Below, one piece after another: positions 46,717-58,077 of a stretch of 64,000 nt of DNA. The stretch is from Schmidtea polychroa (lineage: Eukaryota). The position numbers and the translations under genes were made by a program. Each line of letters opens with the position of its first letter. The first letter of the stretch is position 1. The notes beneath the pieces were generated by a model. It was not told where the DNA came from and did not search any database. It saw only the letters and a list, made by a program, of their open reading frames with translations. The stretch lies in contig CM097885.1 in the NCBI GenBank assembly GCA_044892525.1, positions 41,914,001-41,978,000 of the forward strand, in the 5' to 3' direction.

Positions 46717-46748
46717 GAGCAAAATATTTGGTCATCAGTAACCCACCA

Positions 46749-46970
46749 TTAGCATTATTATTTTCATGTATAATTTCTTGGATTAAATCAGGATTATTAC
46801 TTGCTTCTGTTGGAGTTGTTGTTATCATTCTATAAACTTTATTATTATAAAATTTCATCCAATCAGGTAAAATATCAATCCAAATTCTATTTTCTCGTTC
46901 TGTAAATTTTTTGTACATTAAAATTTTAAGTGTTCTTTTGAATCGTTCAATAATTGGATTGTGTAATGGA
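46749..46970 (-). mobile_element. Polinton integrase catalytic-core remnant (5' part of the split gene)
   Basis: IIERFKRTLKILMYKKFT.....WIDILP.....YNNK..R.I.TTP..A. Confidence 0.85.
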
Positions 46971-47284
46971 CCTTGTGATCTTTCACCTGATCACGTTCTA
47001 AATAAAAAAAAATATATAAAATGATTGACTTCAAATTGACTTTTGCTAAAAATTAAATGTATACATGCTTCTCTTAAGCATAAGTTTTTCTGAAAAGTTT
47101 TTCGATGTCTCTAAAGCACTATTTAAAATCTCACCCTACAAGAACGCTTTTCACGAAATGAGAATTTATATCATTTGGGAATACAAATAATATCTTAAAG
47201 TTACGATATTTCTCTGTTGATTTTGCGATAAATATGTCATCTGTAATGCAAGTGTAATTGGATATTAGATTGCCTTGATAACTA

Positions 47285-47480
47285 TGTAACATGACGTAAT
47301 TCCTTATAGGTGTTGAATGATTCTATATGTGTATATATATGGGAAGTTATGAACTGTGATATCAATAAAGGTTATTGTGTCGAGTTAGTATTATTTGATC
47401 AAGAGCGCATGGAGTCAGATTAGCAGTTCTATCATACCGAACTATAATTTTACTCACCACAAACACGTGCTATTGTTACA
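47285..47480 (+). mobile_element. Short LTR-like element
   Basis: TGTAAC...GTTACA ends, TATA-like run, AATAAA, GGAGTCAGA motif; no matching TSD. Confidence 0.45.
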
Positions 47481-48072
47481 TTCGGCGATGTTTCAGCCAA
47501 CATCGTATTTTCTAGAAACTAATTAATGACGATACTCAAGAAATAACTATATGTTAAAATATTTAATTTTGAAAACATTTTTTGTAAGAATGTAATTTGA
47601 CAAAATTCATCACTGGAAACCAATTTGGTAATGTTGATTGTCCAAGTTGAGTGTTCAAGTTGTATTCAAACAAAGTTTTCTCTTCTTTTCAGATGGTCAT
47701 TAGTTGACTAAGAATTTTACTATTTATTCAATTGATGTTAAATGGTAAATTGATTTAGGAGACTTGCAAATTACGATAAGCACGGTAACAATAAGACCTT
47801 ACGGAAAACGTCAGCAATGAGACGGAGAATGTCAGGCTAATAATGCCAACGAAAAAATGATCACCATAATAATAAAAATTAAAAATAAATTGCAAATCTT
47901 ATATTCAATCAATCTAGAACAATTCTAAATATTTCACTAATACAATTTCTTTATCTAATATTATATACTTTATTAATTTCAAAAAATTGTAAAATTAAAA
48001 ATGGAAATTTAGTTAAAAAAATAGTATTATAAGACCTTTTTTCAATTTTCATCTCTGATTTCTTTTCAATTG

Positions 48073-48257
48073 ACATTGTATTTATTAGAAATTTTTTGAT
48101 TATGAATCAGAAAAGATATCGAAGTTTTTTTTATATTCACGAATTTTGGACAAGTAATCATTTGTAAAAGGCTGTGCCGAAAATTCGTGATAATCAAAAA
48201 AAAACTTTGATATCTTTACTGATTCATATTCAAAATATTTCCTAATAAATACAATGT
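48073..48257. mobile_element. Palindromic foldback/MITE upstream of the TBP-like gene
   Basis: Long imperfect inverted arms ACATTGTATTTATTAG...CTAATAAATACAATGT spanning most of the element. Confidence 0.75.
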
Positions 48258-48400
48258 AACATATTAGAGTTAATAAAAATAAAAGTTTTAATTTTAAAAA
48301 TTAGTTTATTCCATTTTTGTTTTAATTATTTTTTAAAATTATTTTGACAAATTAAACAAATTTGTTTCTAAAATGATTTCAAAATTTTCATCTTATTTCA

Positions 48401-49315
48401 ATGAATTATCCACATTACTTAAACTATCCTAATGCTTATGATTTTAACAACAATAATAACACCAATGGCTTACAAATTCACCAAAATGACTTGATGAATT
48501 ATAACTTTATCCCTTTCAATCAGAATATCCCAGGTCAAAACTATGTTCTAAATCAAAATTATGCAATTAAAACAGAGGAAATCAGTATTCCTGTAAATCC
48601 ATGCACTCAACAAATTCCAGCTTTTCCTATCCCAACAATACAGTAGGTCATTATTTTAACAGTAAAACAATAAATTATTTTCAGAAACATTGTGTGTACA
48701 ATAAATTTGGGTTGTAAATTAGATCTGAAATTTATAGCAATTTCGGCGAGAAATTGCGAATATTGTCCGAAGCGTTTTTCTGCAGTAATAATGAGAATTA
48801 GACAACCAAAAACGACATGCTTAATATTCTCCTCGGGAAAACTAGTGTGTACTGGGGCAAAAACCGAAGATCTGGCCAAATTAGCAACGCGAAAATTTGG
48901 TCGTATTATACAACGAATGGGATTTAATGTGCATTTACAAAATTTTCAGTTGCAAAATGTCGTTGGATCTTGCGATGTGAAATTTCCCATTTGTTTGGAA
49001 GCTTTGCATGTGTCTCATGGCGAATTTGTGACGTAATATTATCATTATATTTATTCGTAATTTCTGTAATTTTACTTAGATATGAACCTGAAAGCTTTCC
49101 GGGCCTCATCTATAGACTTCTTAATTGTAAAATTGTTATCCTGTGCTTTAAATCTGGGAAGATAATATTAACTGGTAAATAACATTCGAAGTTTTGACAA
49201 TTTGACATAACTTTTTTAAGGAGCAAAAACTAAAGAAGAAATTGATGAGGCCTTCTCAAAAATCTATCCGATTTTAAAATTATTTACCTACCGAAAAGAT
49301 GTCATCAGAAATTGA
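48401..49315 (+). CDS. TBP: TATA-box-binding protein family member (divergent TBP paralog), 4 exons, about 259 aa
   Basis: In-phase GT-AG exons 48401-48642, 48685-49032, 49080-49174, 49221-49315; both TBP core repeats ([15 protein letters not shown]...[27 protein letters not shown]...[12 protein letters not shown]...GKIILTGAK). Confidence 0.92.
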
Positions 49316-49474
49316 AGAATTTGAATAAAAAAAATTTTTTAAATTTTTAAATTTTGTTAATTTAAAAAAAAGTTTTTATCGTTAAGATAGCATTTTACTA
49401 ATATGCTCTATTATTTAAAAATATATAAATTTAACACATTCCCAATGTCATTCAACTTTTCTTAAATGCTATTT

Positions 49475-51420
49475 AGGGATTGCAAAAAAAACCACAAAAA
49501 CAATACCGGTATTCCAAAAAATAATAATTCTCAAAATAAAACACTTAACAACTATTAAGAAAACGAAACAAAAATTCTTTAATTTAAAAAAAAAATTCAT
49601 TTAAATTAAAAATAAAAAACGTAATTCATTTACATTCAAAAATTAATAATAACATTGGTACATTAAAAGTAAAAAAAGTTATTCATTTACATTCAAAAAT
49701 TAATAATAAAAAATAAATTGAAATAATTATTTTATTTATTTTAAGTTATTAAAATATGCCCGCAGAAACGTAAGTTTATCTAGGCTTTTGTCGCCCAATC
49801 GCGATCTAATCTTGGTGCACAATATACCAGCTGCAGAAAATGCTCTTTCTGACTCCACGCTTGTATACTGTTGTATACCAAGTTTAAATATTTCCCCCTG
49901 ATATTCTCTGCTTCGAAATAACATAACTCCTGTCTAATAACTTTATTTAGATCTTTTGTATTTTTTTGTTTTAAAGTTACAGTTTCATTTATTTTTATTC
50001 TTTTTGATATTTCCATTTCTAGCTTCTCTTTCATTGTAAGTAAACTTTCTGCTTCTTGCTCGTGCTCAGAATCTGAAGATATTATTTCACTATCGTCATT
50101 TTCATCGATTGCAATTGCAGCTGGATCTTTTGTTTGGTGAAGCCGTTCCAATAAGTTTACAATTACTTTTATAAGTCCAATTATAGACATTTCATTATGC
50201 ATGATATTGGTATTTTCTTTATCTTCATCTTCAAAGCTGCTATTGCAATTGTTGGGTTATTGAGTTGGTAATAATTTTAAATGTTACTCTGACTCCAAAC
50301 GTGTCTTGAACCGATTCACAAATAACACTTGACAACAGAAATCTTTATTGATAACCACAAATAATCTTTCTCTTTACACTGACAATAAATCAACACTCTG
50401 CTAGGTGACTATACAATGCTTATTACAACACTCGGTGAGGAATAGCACTTGTGTATAACACCGGATTAAAAGATCACAAATGATTTATTGGTTTAAAAAC
50501 TGGGATTTGAGTTGGTTGTTTTCTTTGACTTTCTTCAAAGCTTTAATCAAATAACTTCTTTCGTTTTAATTCGTTTCTTCAAATCTTTTCCAATAATTAT
50601 TCTCCACAATTATTTTCTTTACAATTATTTTTGATAATCGTTTGTCCAACAACGTTTCGTCCAACGTTGTCTAATTTTCTCCAATAATTTTATATCTCAA
50701 ATCGTCTCTCAAATCGTCTCTCAATTCGTCTCTCAATATCGTCTCTCAAATTGTCTTCCAAATTGTCTCAATTTCGCGTCACTTCTTGTCTCTAATTCTG
50801 TCTCTAAATTTGCTCCCTAATTTTATTCTCTAATTTTGTTCTAATTTCGTGTCCACCAGTTTTCCCTTATATAGTTTGCTTCTCTTGTGGCACTCCAGAT
50901 AATCAAGTGTTTTTCCATTTTCTTTCTCCTGCTTTCCCCGTCTGTCCCATTTTTATCTCTGACAACTATCAAGTTATTTTCCCTTCTTCCATTTTTGTTC
51001 GACCGCCTTCTCCCATTAATTCTGTTATCACTGGCAAGCTGTCGAGATAAGGATATTGTTGTTTTCTTCTTTCCCCGATTTCAAAATTCTTTTTCCTTTT
51101 TGTATTAATTAATTAGTACTGACCTTGGTTTTTATTTTCCTGTTTGATTCCTTTTATTTCCTTTATCTTTCTCATTTTTAATTTCTTTTTACTTCCGTTT
51201 TCTTTTCTAAGTTCCAATAGATCGTCCCGTTTGTCATGGCGATCTTCCCCCAGGTAATTTTATTTATTTATTTATAAATTGTTATTTAGGTATCCTCAAC
51301 ACAATTATGTAAGTATTGTAGAACGTCAGTCATTTCAGTCCGCCTTTGAAGTATACGAATCTTAAGTTCATTTTTTAATTCATCAGTGCTATAGCAGTGC
51401 TATTTTTCCATGTTCAAGTG
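49475..51420 (-). mobile_element. hAT element 3' part, interrupted by a solo LTR
   Basis: TAGGGATTGC terminus; TSVESERAFSAAGILCTKIRSRL.D.SLD.L.FLRAYF dimerisation motif; right boundary approximate. Confidence 0.8.
50250..51301 (-). mobile_element. Solo LTR (1052 bp)
   Basis: TGTTGGG...CTCAACA ends, perfect TSD CAAT; minus-strand TATA at about 50866 and GGAGTCAGA near the minus-strand 3' end. Confidence 0.88.
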
Positions 51421-51591
51421 ATAGCTTAATTTCATTAGCCAAATATTTTTTATATAATCACGAATTAGGAATATTAATCCGTCATTTCTTAGTCAAGGAT
51501 GTTAATCAATCTCAAACATTCAATGTAATTCTAACATTATTATAATTTAAACAAAATCATTTGATGTCTAATCTGGAATTTTGTTATTTAC

Positions 51592-52010
51592 ATCGGGGGT
51601 CGGACGACGGGCCATTTTCAAAATAAATTTTTTATGTGGGCCGCACATTCAAATGTATCTTAAATTGCGCTTTCATACCATAAACGAGTATAAATATTAT
51701 TAAAAATTCTTTAACATGCTATAATAACAATAATGTCAGAGAACAAAAATTTTGTAAGTCTAAAAAAGGAAAAAAAATAAAATTTTAATTACATATATAA
51801 GGGAACATAGCAAATTTTTCAGTTTATTCATTTATTAAAATTCAATGTGCTTTTTGTTCTGTTAATTCATTTATATCCGGTTCTATTTGTGATACTGATA
51901 TCCTTAACAAGTGCTATAAATTTTCATCCGTCAACCTCGTTCTATATTTTGATTTTATGAAATTCATTCTTGAAAATGTTTGTTTGCATAAATAAATGCT
52001 TGAAAAAATA
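51592..52010 (-). mobile_element. hAT (Charlie-like) 3' remnant
   Basis: Minus strand reads FSSIYLCKQTFSRMNFIKSKYRTRLTDENL*HLLRIS...IEPDINEL. Confidence 0.75.
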
Positions 52011-52049
52011 CAAATCATTGATTTTGGAAAATTTCATAAATTGGGAAAT

Positions 52050-53408
52050 TTGTTTGGATTTAAATTGCGAGTGGTGGAATTCGTTGAGATTAATGGCAAC
52101 TCAAAAGCTGCCAGAGAAAACTTGCACTTGTTGCTGCATGGGCTGATGAGGCTAGGAAATAAATTTAGGAATTTATAATCAAATATACATTTGTTGGGTT
52201 TTTAATGCAAGTCGGTACTACGGTCTGACTCCTTTGTGTTCTTTTCCAAATAAATAAATAGATAAATAACCCAACACAAAATCTTTATTGACACTGATGC
52301 AGTTACACTTTTACACTTGTATTAGTTTACTCACACTTGATACAATCAGGTTTTGTCTGCACTTTTCAATTTGCCAACAAATCTCACGCAGGGGTAGATC
52401 TTCCAACGGGAGATATCCCTTTCTGGTACGTTCGATCTTTTTAAATGGTTTAATTTCTACTAACTTTAATATTTCCTTTTTCGCTCTCGTCAAACTTCTA
52501 TTTTCTTTTCTTCGACCACCTGGCATTTTGTTTTCTTGCCAGTTGCTTTTATACTCGCTTGGTAATTGACTTTATTTTTGCCAATTATTTTTGGTTTTAT
52601 TTCCCCCCGGGCTTCCTCTTGGAGGTCTAATTTAATTGAAGGGAATTTGTTCATTTTCTTTGACGGCGCTTATTACTTTTTATCAGGCTAAATTAATTGC
52701 CTTCCTAAAATTGGATTTCTCCGGCTAAATTAATTGCCTTCCCGAAATTGGATTTCTCAATTCGCTCGGGTTTTCCATTGTATCGGGTTTCCCATTAGCT
52801 CGGGTTTTCCATTAGTTAATTAATTTTTAATTAATTTTTTGTTTTTTGTAATTTATTCCTTTTAGGGACCCCCCATTGATTTTATTTTATTATAGCTGAA
52901 CTCGTCTCATTATTTAGCATCCGCCCATACCAGTTTCCCCCAGAAAATATTCATTTTTTAAAATTTTTGATTTTTAATTAATATTTTGTACTTTAAGTTT
53001 TTATTTTGAATTTGGTGTTTTTGTCAATTTTCACCTCATTTTTGTGCCTCTCTTGTTGAACCCCAACACATTACTAAATTGCGGCATCAGTAATGCTATG
53101 GAAGGATCAGAAGACGATGCTTTGTTTGTAGATAATGCAGGTAATCTGGTAGATGATGAGGCTCAATCTGAGGATAGTGATTACACAGACGACCATGTTG
53201 GAGATGTTTCAGATGAGTTCTACAATGAACATTTTAACCATTGATTTGAACTTTTTGAAGATGTCAATTTTCTTTCCAAAAAATATCTTAAATATTTTTA
53301 CTTTCATTACTTCGACTTATACGCGGGTTTCCAATTTATGACAAAAAAATGACTCAAAAATATCACTTCGACTTACACTTGAATTGACTTATACGCGAGT
53401 ATATACGG
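52050..53408 (+). mobile_element. pogo-like element (Brinker-type DBD), internally deleted, interrupted by a solo LTR
   Basis: FKLRVVEFVEINGNSKAARE (BrkDBD-like); CGISNAMEGSEDDALF (pogo C-terminus) resumes after the LTR; right TIR ...CGAGTATATACGG followed by TA. Confidence 0.8.
52192..53068 (-). mobile_element. Solo LTR (877 bp)
   Basis: TGTTGGG...CCCAACA ends, perfect TSD CATT; minus-strand GGAGTCAGA about 35 nt from the end. Confidence 0.9.
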
Positions 53409-54611
53409 TAACCATATTTGTAAAAGTACACTTATGTGCAAGAAATGGTTGCAAAGTATAAAACCTGCATTTACAATCAGATGTTATTGAATAGATTTTA
53501 AATGATTCGAAATCTTCAATAGCAAAATATTTTAGTAGCAACTTTTAGAATACTAAAGTTGGTTATTTGAATGATGAATGAAATTTCCCACTATAAGGAA
53601 CGAAAGAAAATCTATTCAAATGTTATAAAAGAGAGATATTTAATAAAAATTATAATGGAATCACCAAATTCGAAAATAATCATTTTTTCATGTTTTCTAG
53701 ATACCTTCAAATAGTAGATGATAAAATGTCTTAAATTAATTTATTAACAAGTCGCGTAAGGCATTGGAATCCAAATTAATTTCACGTAAGTAGTATGAAT
53801 TGACGACTCCAGTGCACTTTCTAGGTCATCACAATGTCATGAAAATATACGTCAATTGAATCATTTTATTTTTTAAATTTAAATTTTATTTAATTACTTC
53901 TGCCCGCCAGTTGAAATCCAGTTGAAGCTAACTAAGATATAAAATTTAGAAACTAAATTATCAATAAAAGTAAACTGAAAAACATAAGAATTAAAAGAAA
54001 TTGGAATTATTTATGTTGGCGTATGAGGGGGGAGAAAACCTATACATACATAACCGTCAACATACAAGACCTCATCGTTTAGCTCAGGCACTTCCCCTGC
54101 ATACTCCAAATGATCATCCGAATATTCCCACGCATGAGCCCGTGGTGATGTTTCACGTTGGTACTGCCCACACGGGTCGGAAAAGGTTAGCAGGTGAGCC
54201 TCTGCCTTAAGACTACTCCTAACCCCTTCACGGTTCAGGTTCTAAGGTGCCTCAGAAGGACTTACCCGTATTCCCTTAAGTAACTTAGTCCGATCCTGGT
54301 CCAAGGGAACGACCATCGATAAGATTTGTCTGCACTCTACATCACGTTCATTATCCACTCACATCACTCAGTCATACCTGTCGACAACTATTAGTATCCA
54401 ACAAAGAAAATCACCCAATTATATTAAACTCAACACAAAAATGATACTCTACAATCATAAACTGTCAGCATGCAAGTCAAATGCACATATACGAATGTAA
54501 AATTAGTTAGTCTAAATGTACAGGTGGATTTGTCATTTGATCGAAAGAATCGGGATCGATGCAAGCCGTATTATTAGAAAACGTCTCCTTCCGCGAGTAT
54601 TTCATCGATAT

Positions 54612-55331
54612 CTACCGGTAGACGGTGATCCGAGACGAATTTGATACCTTCGGCGGTACCACTCGAAAAACTTCCTTGGAGGGAACAGTATGAGTGGAAG
54701 AGATTTCCTGGATCGTCGACTTCGCCGCCGATAGCGACGCTTCTAGGGCTGCCATCGCCTCTCTGCGCTTTTGGTTCTTTGCCGCTCGAGTTGGGCGTTT
54801 CCGTTTCCGGGATGGCTGATTAGCTTCCACTACCGGGGTATTGCCCGAGGCCACAAGAACTGGGGCCAGAATGGGATCAGACGAGCCGCCGGCCATTGGC
54901 AGATAACCTGACAAGATTGGGGCTGGTACGGGTGGTAAATGAGAGCTATGTCCTTGGCAACTCGTGGCAGACGGTCGGGATAACTGGTGGTGGAGTGGGA
55001 AAACGTTTGTCCCATCCACGACGGGAAATTCCCACACCCGCTTGGCTAATTCTGTCTCCGTATAGACCTTGTGGAGGGCTTCCGACTGGGCTTTGATTGT
55101 GAGTCGTTGGCAACGACTCTCCTCCAGCAGGCTATCCCTGCAATACTCTAGTCGCAGTATTTTGCTTCTCTCCTCCTTCATTTGTGGCGGGGAGAACCAC
55201 GTCCCTTCGTAAAGGTCAATTCGTTTCTTTAGAGCCCCGATATACAGATGGAGCTGCGCGATGTCCGCGTTTTTATCGGCGCAGGAGAAGCAAGGACGGA
55301 GTTCTTTAGTGTTGTTGGACGATGTCGTCAT
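54612..55331 (-). CDS. Element-encoded WFSP coiled-coil protein (239 aa)
   Basis: Intact GC-rich ORF; YEGTWFSPPQMKEER, heptad-rich helix, SRKRKRPTRAAK basic patch; ATG directly follows a TTTTTTTAG acceptor. Confidence 0.75.
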   Translation of the reverse strand: MTTSSNNTKELRPCFSCADKNADIAQLHLYIGALKKRIDLYEGTWFSPPQMKEERSKILRLEYCRDSLLEESRCQRLTIKAQSEALHKVYTETELAKRVWEFPVVDGTNVFPLHHQLSRPSATSCQGHSSHLPPVPAPILSGYLPMAGGSSDPILAPVLVASGNTPVVEANQPSRKRKRPTRAAKNQKRREAMAALEASLSAAKSTIQEISSTHTVPSKEVFRVVPPKVSNSSRITVYR

Positions 55332-57459
55332 CTAAAAAAATCAATCAGTTTTAAATCGATTCAGACACATTTATTAGAATGGGTTAGTCGATTTTTAGAA
55401 CACAAGTTGGCCATTTCATCCATCATTTCACTCAACGACAACCCACAGACTTCACCATCCATCCCCATTCACAGTCATTCCGTTACAAACATTCCCATTT
55501 CTTCATGTGATCGTTTATGAAAAGAGAACGGGGGATGTACTTAAGAAATGCCCCCTATCTAGACCTCACCCCCTCATCAGATCTTCACTCTCCCATTCCC
55601 CGTCACTGTCTCGGATATTTATCGAGATAAATATACATAAAATTTCAAAACGAAATTATAATCCCTGGCGACCCATGGCCACTCATATTTTCATCTACGC
55701 AAATAAAACAAAACAAGTAAAATTGATGTTAGAAAATTGAATACTAAATTAAAGTTCTAATTAATTTGAATTACGCGCTGTATTGGTTGTCATAGAGATA
55801 TTTATTCGTATCTGTCTCGGGTATCTGTCTGTACTATGGAAAGAGATTATGTATCTAGTTGAGTTGAGGAACTCCGATTCCTCGCTCCTATTTATCGTAT
55901 CACCATTTCTGAAGACATGCATGTGCTCACGTGATCGTTGTATCACCAACATTTTCTGCCCAGTTCGTGGGTTCATTTGTACACCGGCATTATGTAGGAG
56001 TGGCTGAAGCGTGTGTGTGTGTGTGTTATGACAGGATAGGATAGATTACGTAACTGATTTTTCCGGCAAGCAGCAGTAGACAGATCGAAATCAGGTTTAT
56101 CATCTCAAGTGACTGACAATATAGTAGAGCACTGGGTAAGTTGGCTTTGTTATCTAATTTCTTTTCATGATGTTGACTCAGGACAATGATTGTTAACTCA
56201 TTCATTCGACATTTCCTACCAACGAGACGATATGTTATCATTTCATTCTTAACATTATCGGCTATTCCCGTCGGCTGATGATAAGCTGACTACTACAGGT
56301 CGTCGCGTACTGTTATCGTTGGCGATAATTGTCTAGAGCTCGAAGTGAGTACTACTGGTAATTTTACTGTAAAATGTTTACCCACCCGTCAGAGAGAGAT
56401 TATCTATCACTAGTGTCTGTGACTTGAGGACGATAGTTCGATTTTCAGAAGTACATTGATGTTGGATGTAATCGCTAGCATCCGGGTGATAAATTTCAGA
56501 TCGAATCCCGAAAAAAAACAAAAACGTTACAGAAAGTTACTGAACTTTTTCACGAAATAGTGTTAGAAATGTCTTTCTTAAAAACTCTGACGCCCACCGG
56601 AAGGCCATGAAGATCCTCTCTTACTAGATTAATGCGAATGTCGATGTCGATCTCAAATGTCTTCGTTTTTGGAATTTACATTATCTTCTCAACTGATAGA
56701 AATCCCGGTGTGATTGCATGAAAACGAAGGTATTCTATGAATGATCGCGCTCGGTGAAACAATTTTACTTCGCAAACGTATTTCAGCTACCGAGTCTCTT
56801 CACCCCTCATGACACACCCAAGAAGGCATTCATCTCTGCCGCCGTTCTTGCACCGTCAGGAGGGACCAATTGACTCATTCCGATCCAACATTTTAGCATA
56901 ATTTATGATTACAAAACAATAAATGGTGAACAAATAAATGAATATAAAAGTTTTTACTCGGCGACCATATCATCTGGCATCCAAGTATGATATCCCTTTC
57001 CTATCCAATCGCATCTTCGATCATCACATCTATAACTATCTCATCAACTATTATCATGCTCCCCAAGGATCAAAAAATTTCTCCACATCTTCTGGATGCA
57101 TTCTACAAAAATTCCTCGTGACAGGCCCTCCACCGTGGCATACCCCTGTTCACCCACATCATACTTGGAACGTCCGGATGATACAGTTGCCGGCACCATG
57201 AAGAAAGGTTGTTCTTGGTTTAATAATTTTATTTCATGAAATTATTTCGTATTTACAATAATTAGAATACTAATCATCCATAAGTAACCATCAAGCCATA
57301 CCTTGAGTTTTGAAAACTGGATAAAATCGATCTAGTTTGAAATTTAGAATGAATCTGTCCCTGGTCGTAATTATCCCTTAGTTGAAATCGCTAAACTGAA
57401 ATTAAAGGCTCTGCAGTCTGTAGTTTTGGAAAGTAGTTTCTAGTCCTGTGATCTGCAAT

Positions 57460-57540
57460 CTGCAATCGTGAAAATTAAAGTGGTAGTTTTCTCAACTAAA
57501 ATTTTACCTGCAATCGTGAAAATTAAAGTGGTAGTTTTCT
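57460..57540. repeat. Short direct repeat inside the giant element
   Basis: CTGCAATCGTGAAAATTAAAGTGGTAGTTTTCT occurs twice, 48 bp apart. Confidence 0.9.
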
Positions 57541-58077
57541 AATTTTCCACGTTGCATATTTAGTATTTTTCGTCTAATCAGGACGCGACTTGCTTGTAAT
57601 TTTACTATTTATTATTATTTTTATGTTTTTATCATAATATATTAAGTTTTAATGACTTGACTTATTTCTTATTTTTATTTTATTTATTTTTCTTATTCTT
57701 ACTATTTTTCTCCTAATTTTTCTGCGGGTTCACTGCTACTTTATCGTATTACAGTTTATTTTTGTTTTAATTATACTTAAAGATGATTTTGTTTTTTACT
57801 TATTTCTTTAATTTCTCATTTATTTTCACTCACTTTTGCTTATTCTATTTCTACTTTATCCGTTGTATGTTTTAGATCGTTTCCCTTTTGCCTTATTTTC
57901 AACTTTTAGGGGTTTTATTTATTTGGTTGCTTATTCTTAATATCTTATTGTTTCTCCCTATTTACTACCGGGATTTGGTGGTGATTTATTTTATATCCTA
58001 TTTCATTTAATTTTCCCCGGGGTTCGTTTCCTTATTTGATCCAGTTTTCACCACCTCCACATTTAGCCCAACATTTA

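Larger units (their letters stand above)
39875..46748. mobile_element. Giant solo-LTR-like element (6874 bp; about 6.15 kb without the nested hAT) carrying accessory ORFs
   Basis: Ends TGTTGGG...CCCACCA, perfect 4-bp TSD TTAG; its removal restores the Polinton integrase frame; no gag/pol inside. Confidence 0.88.
54014..58073. mobile_element. Second giant solo-LTR-like element (4060 bp), inverted relative to 39875-46748
   Basis: Ends TGTTGG...TAGCCCAACA (reverse complement of the TGTTGGGCTA start at 39875), perfect TSD TTTA; same strand-biased A-rich block near that end; carries a WFSP ORF. Confidence 0.85.
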
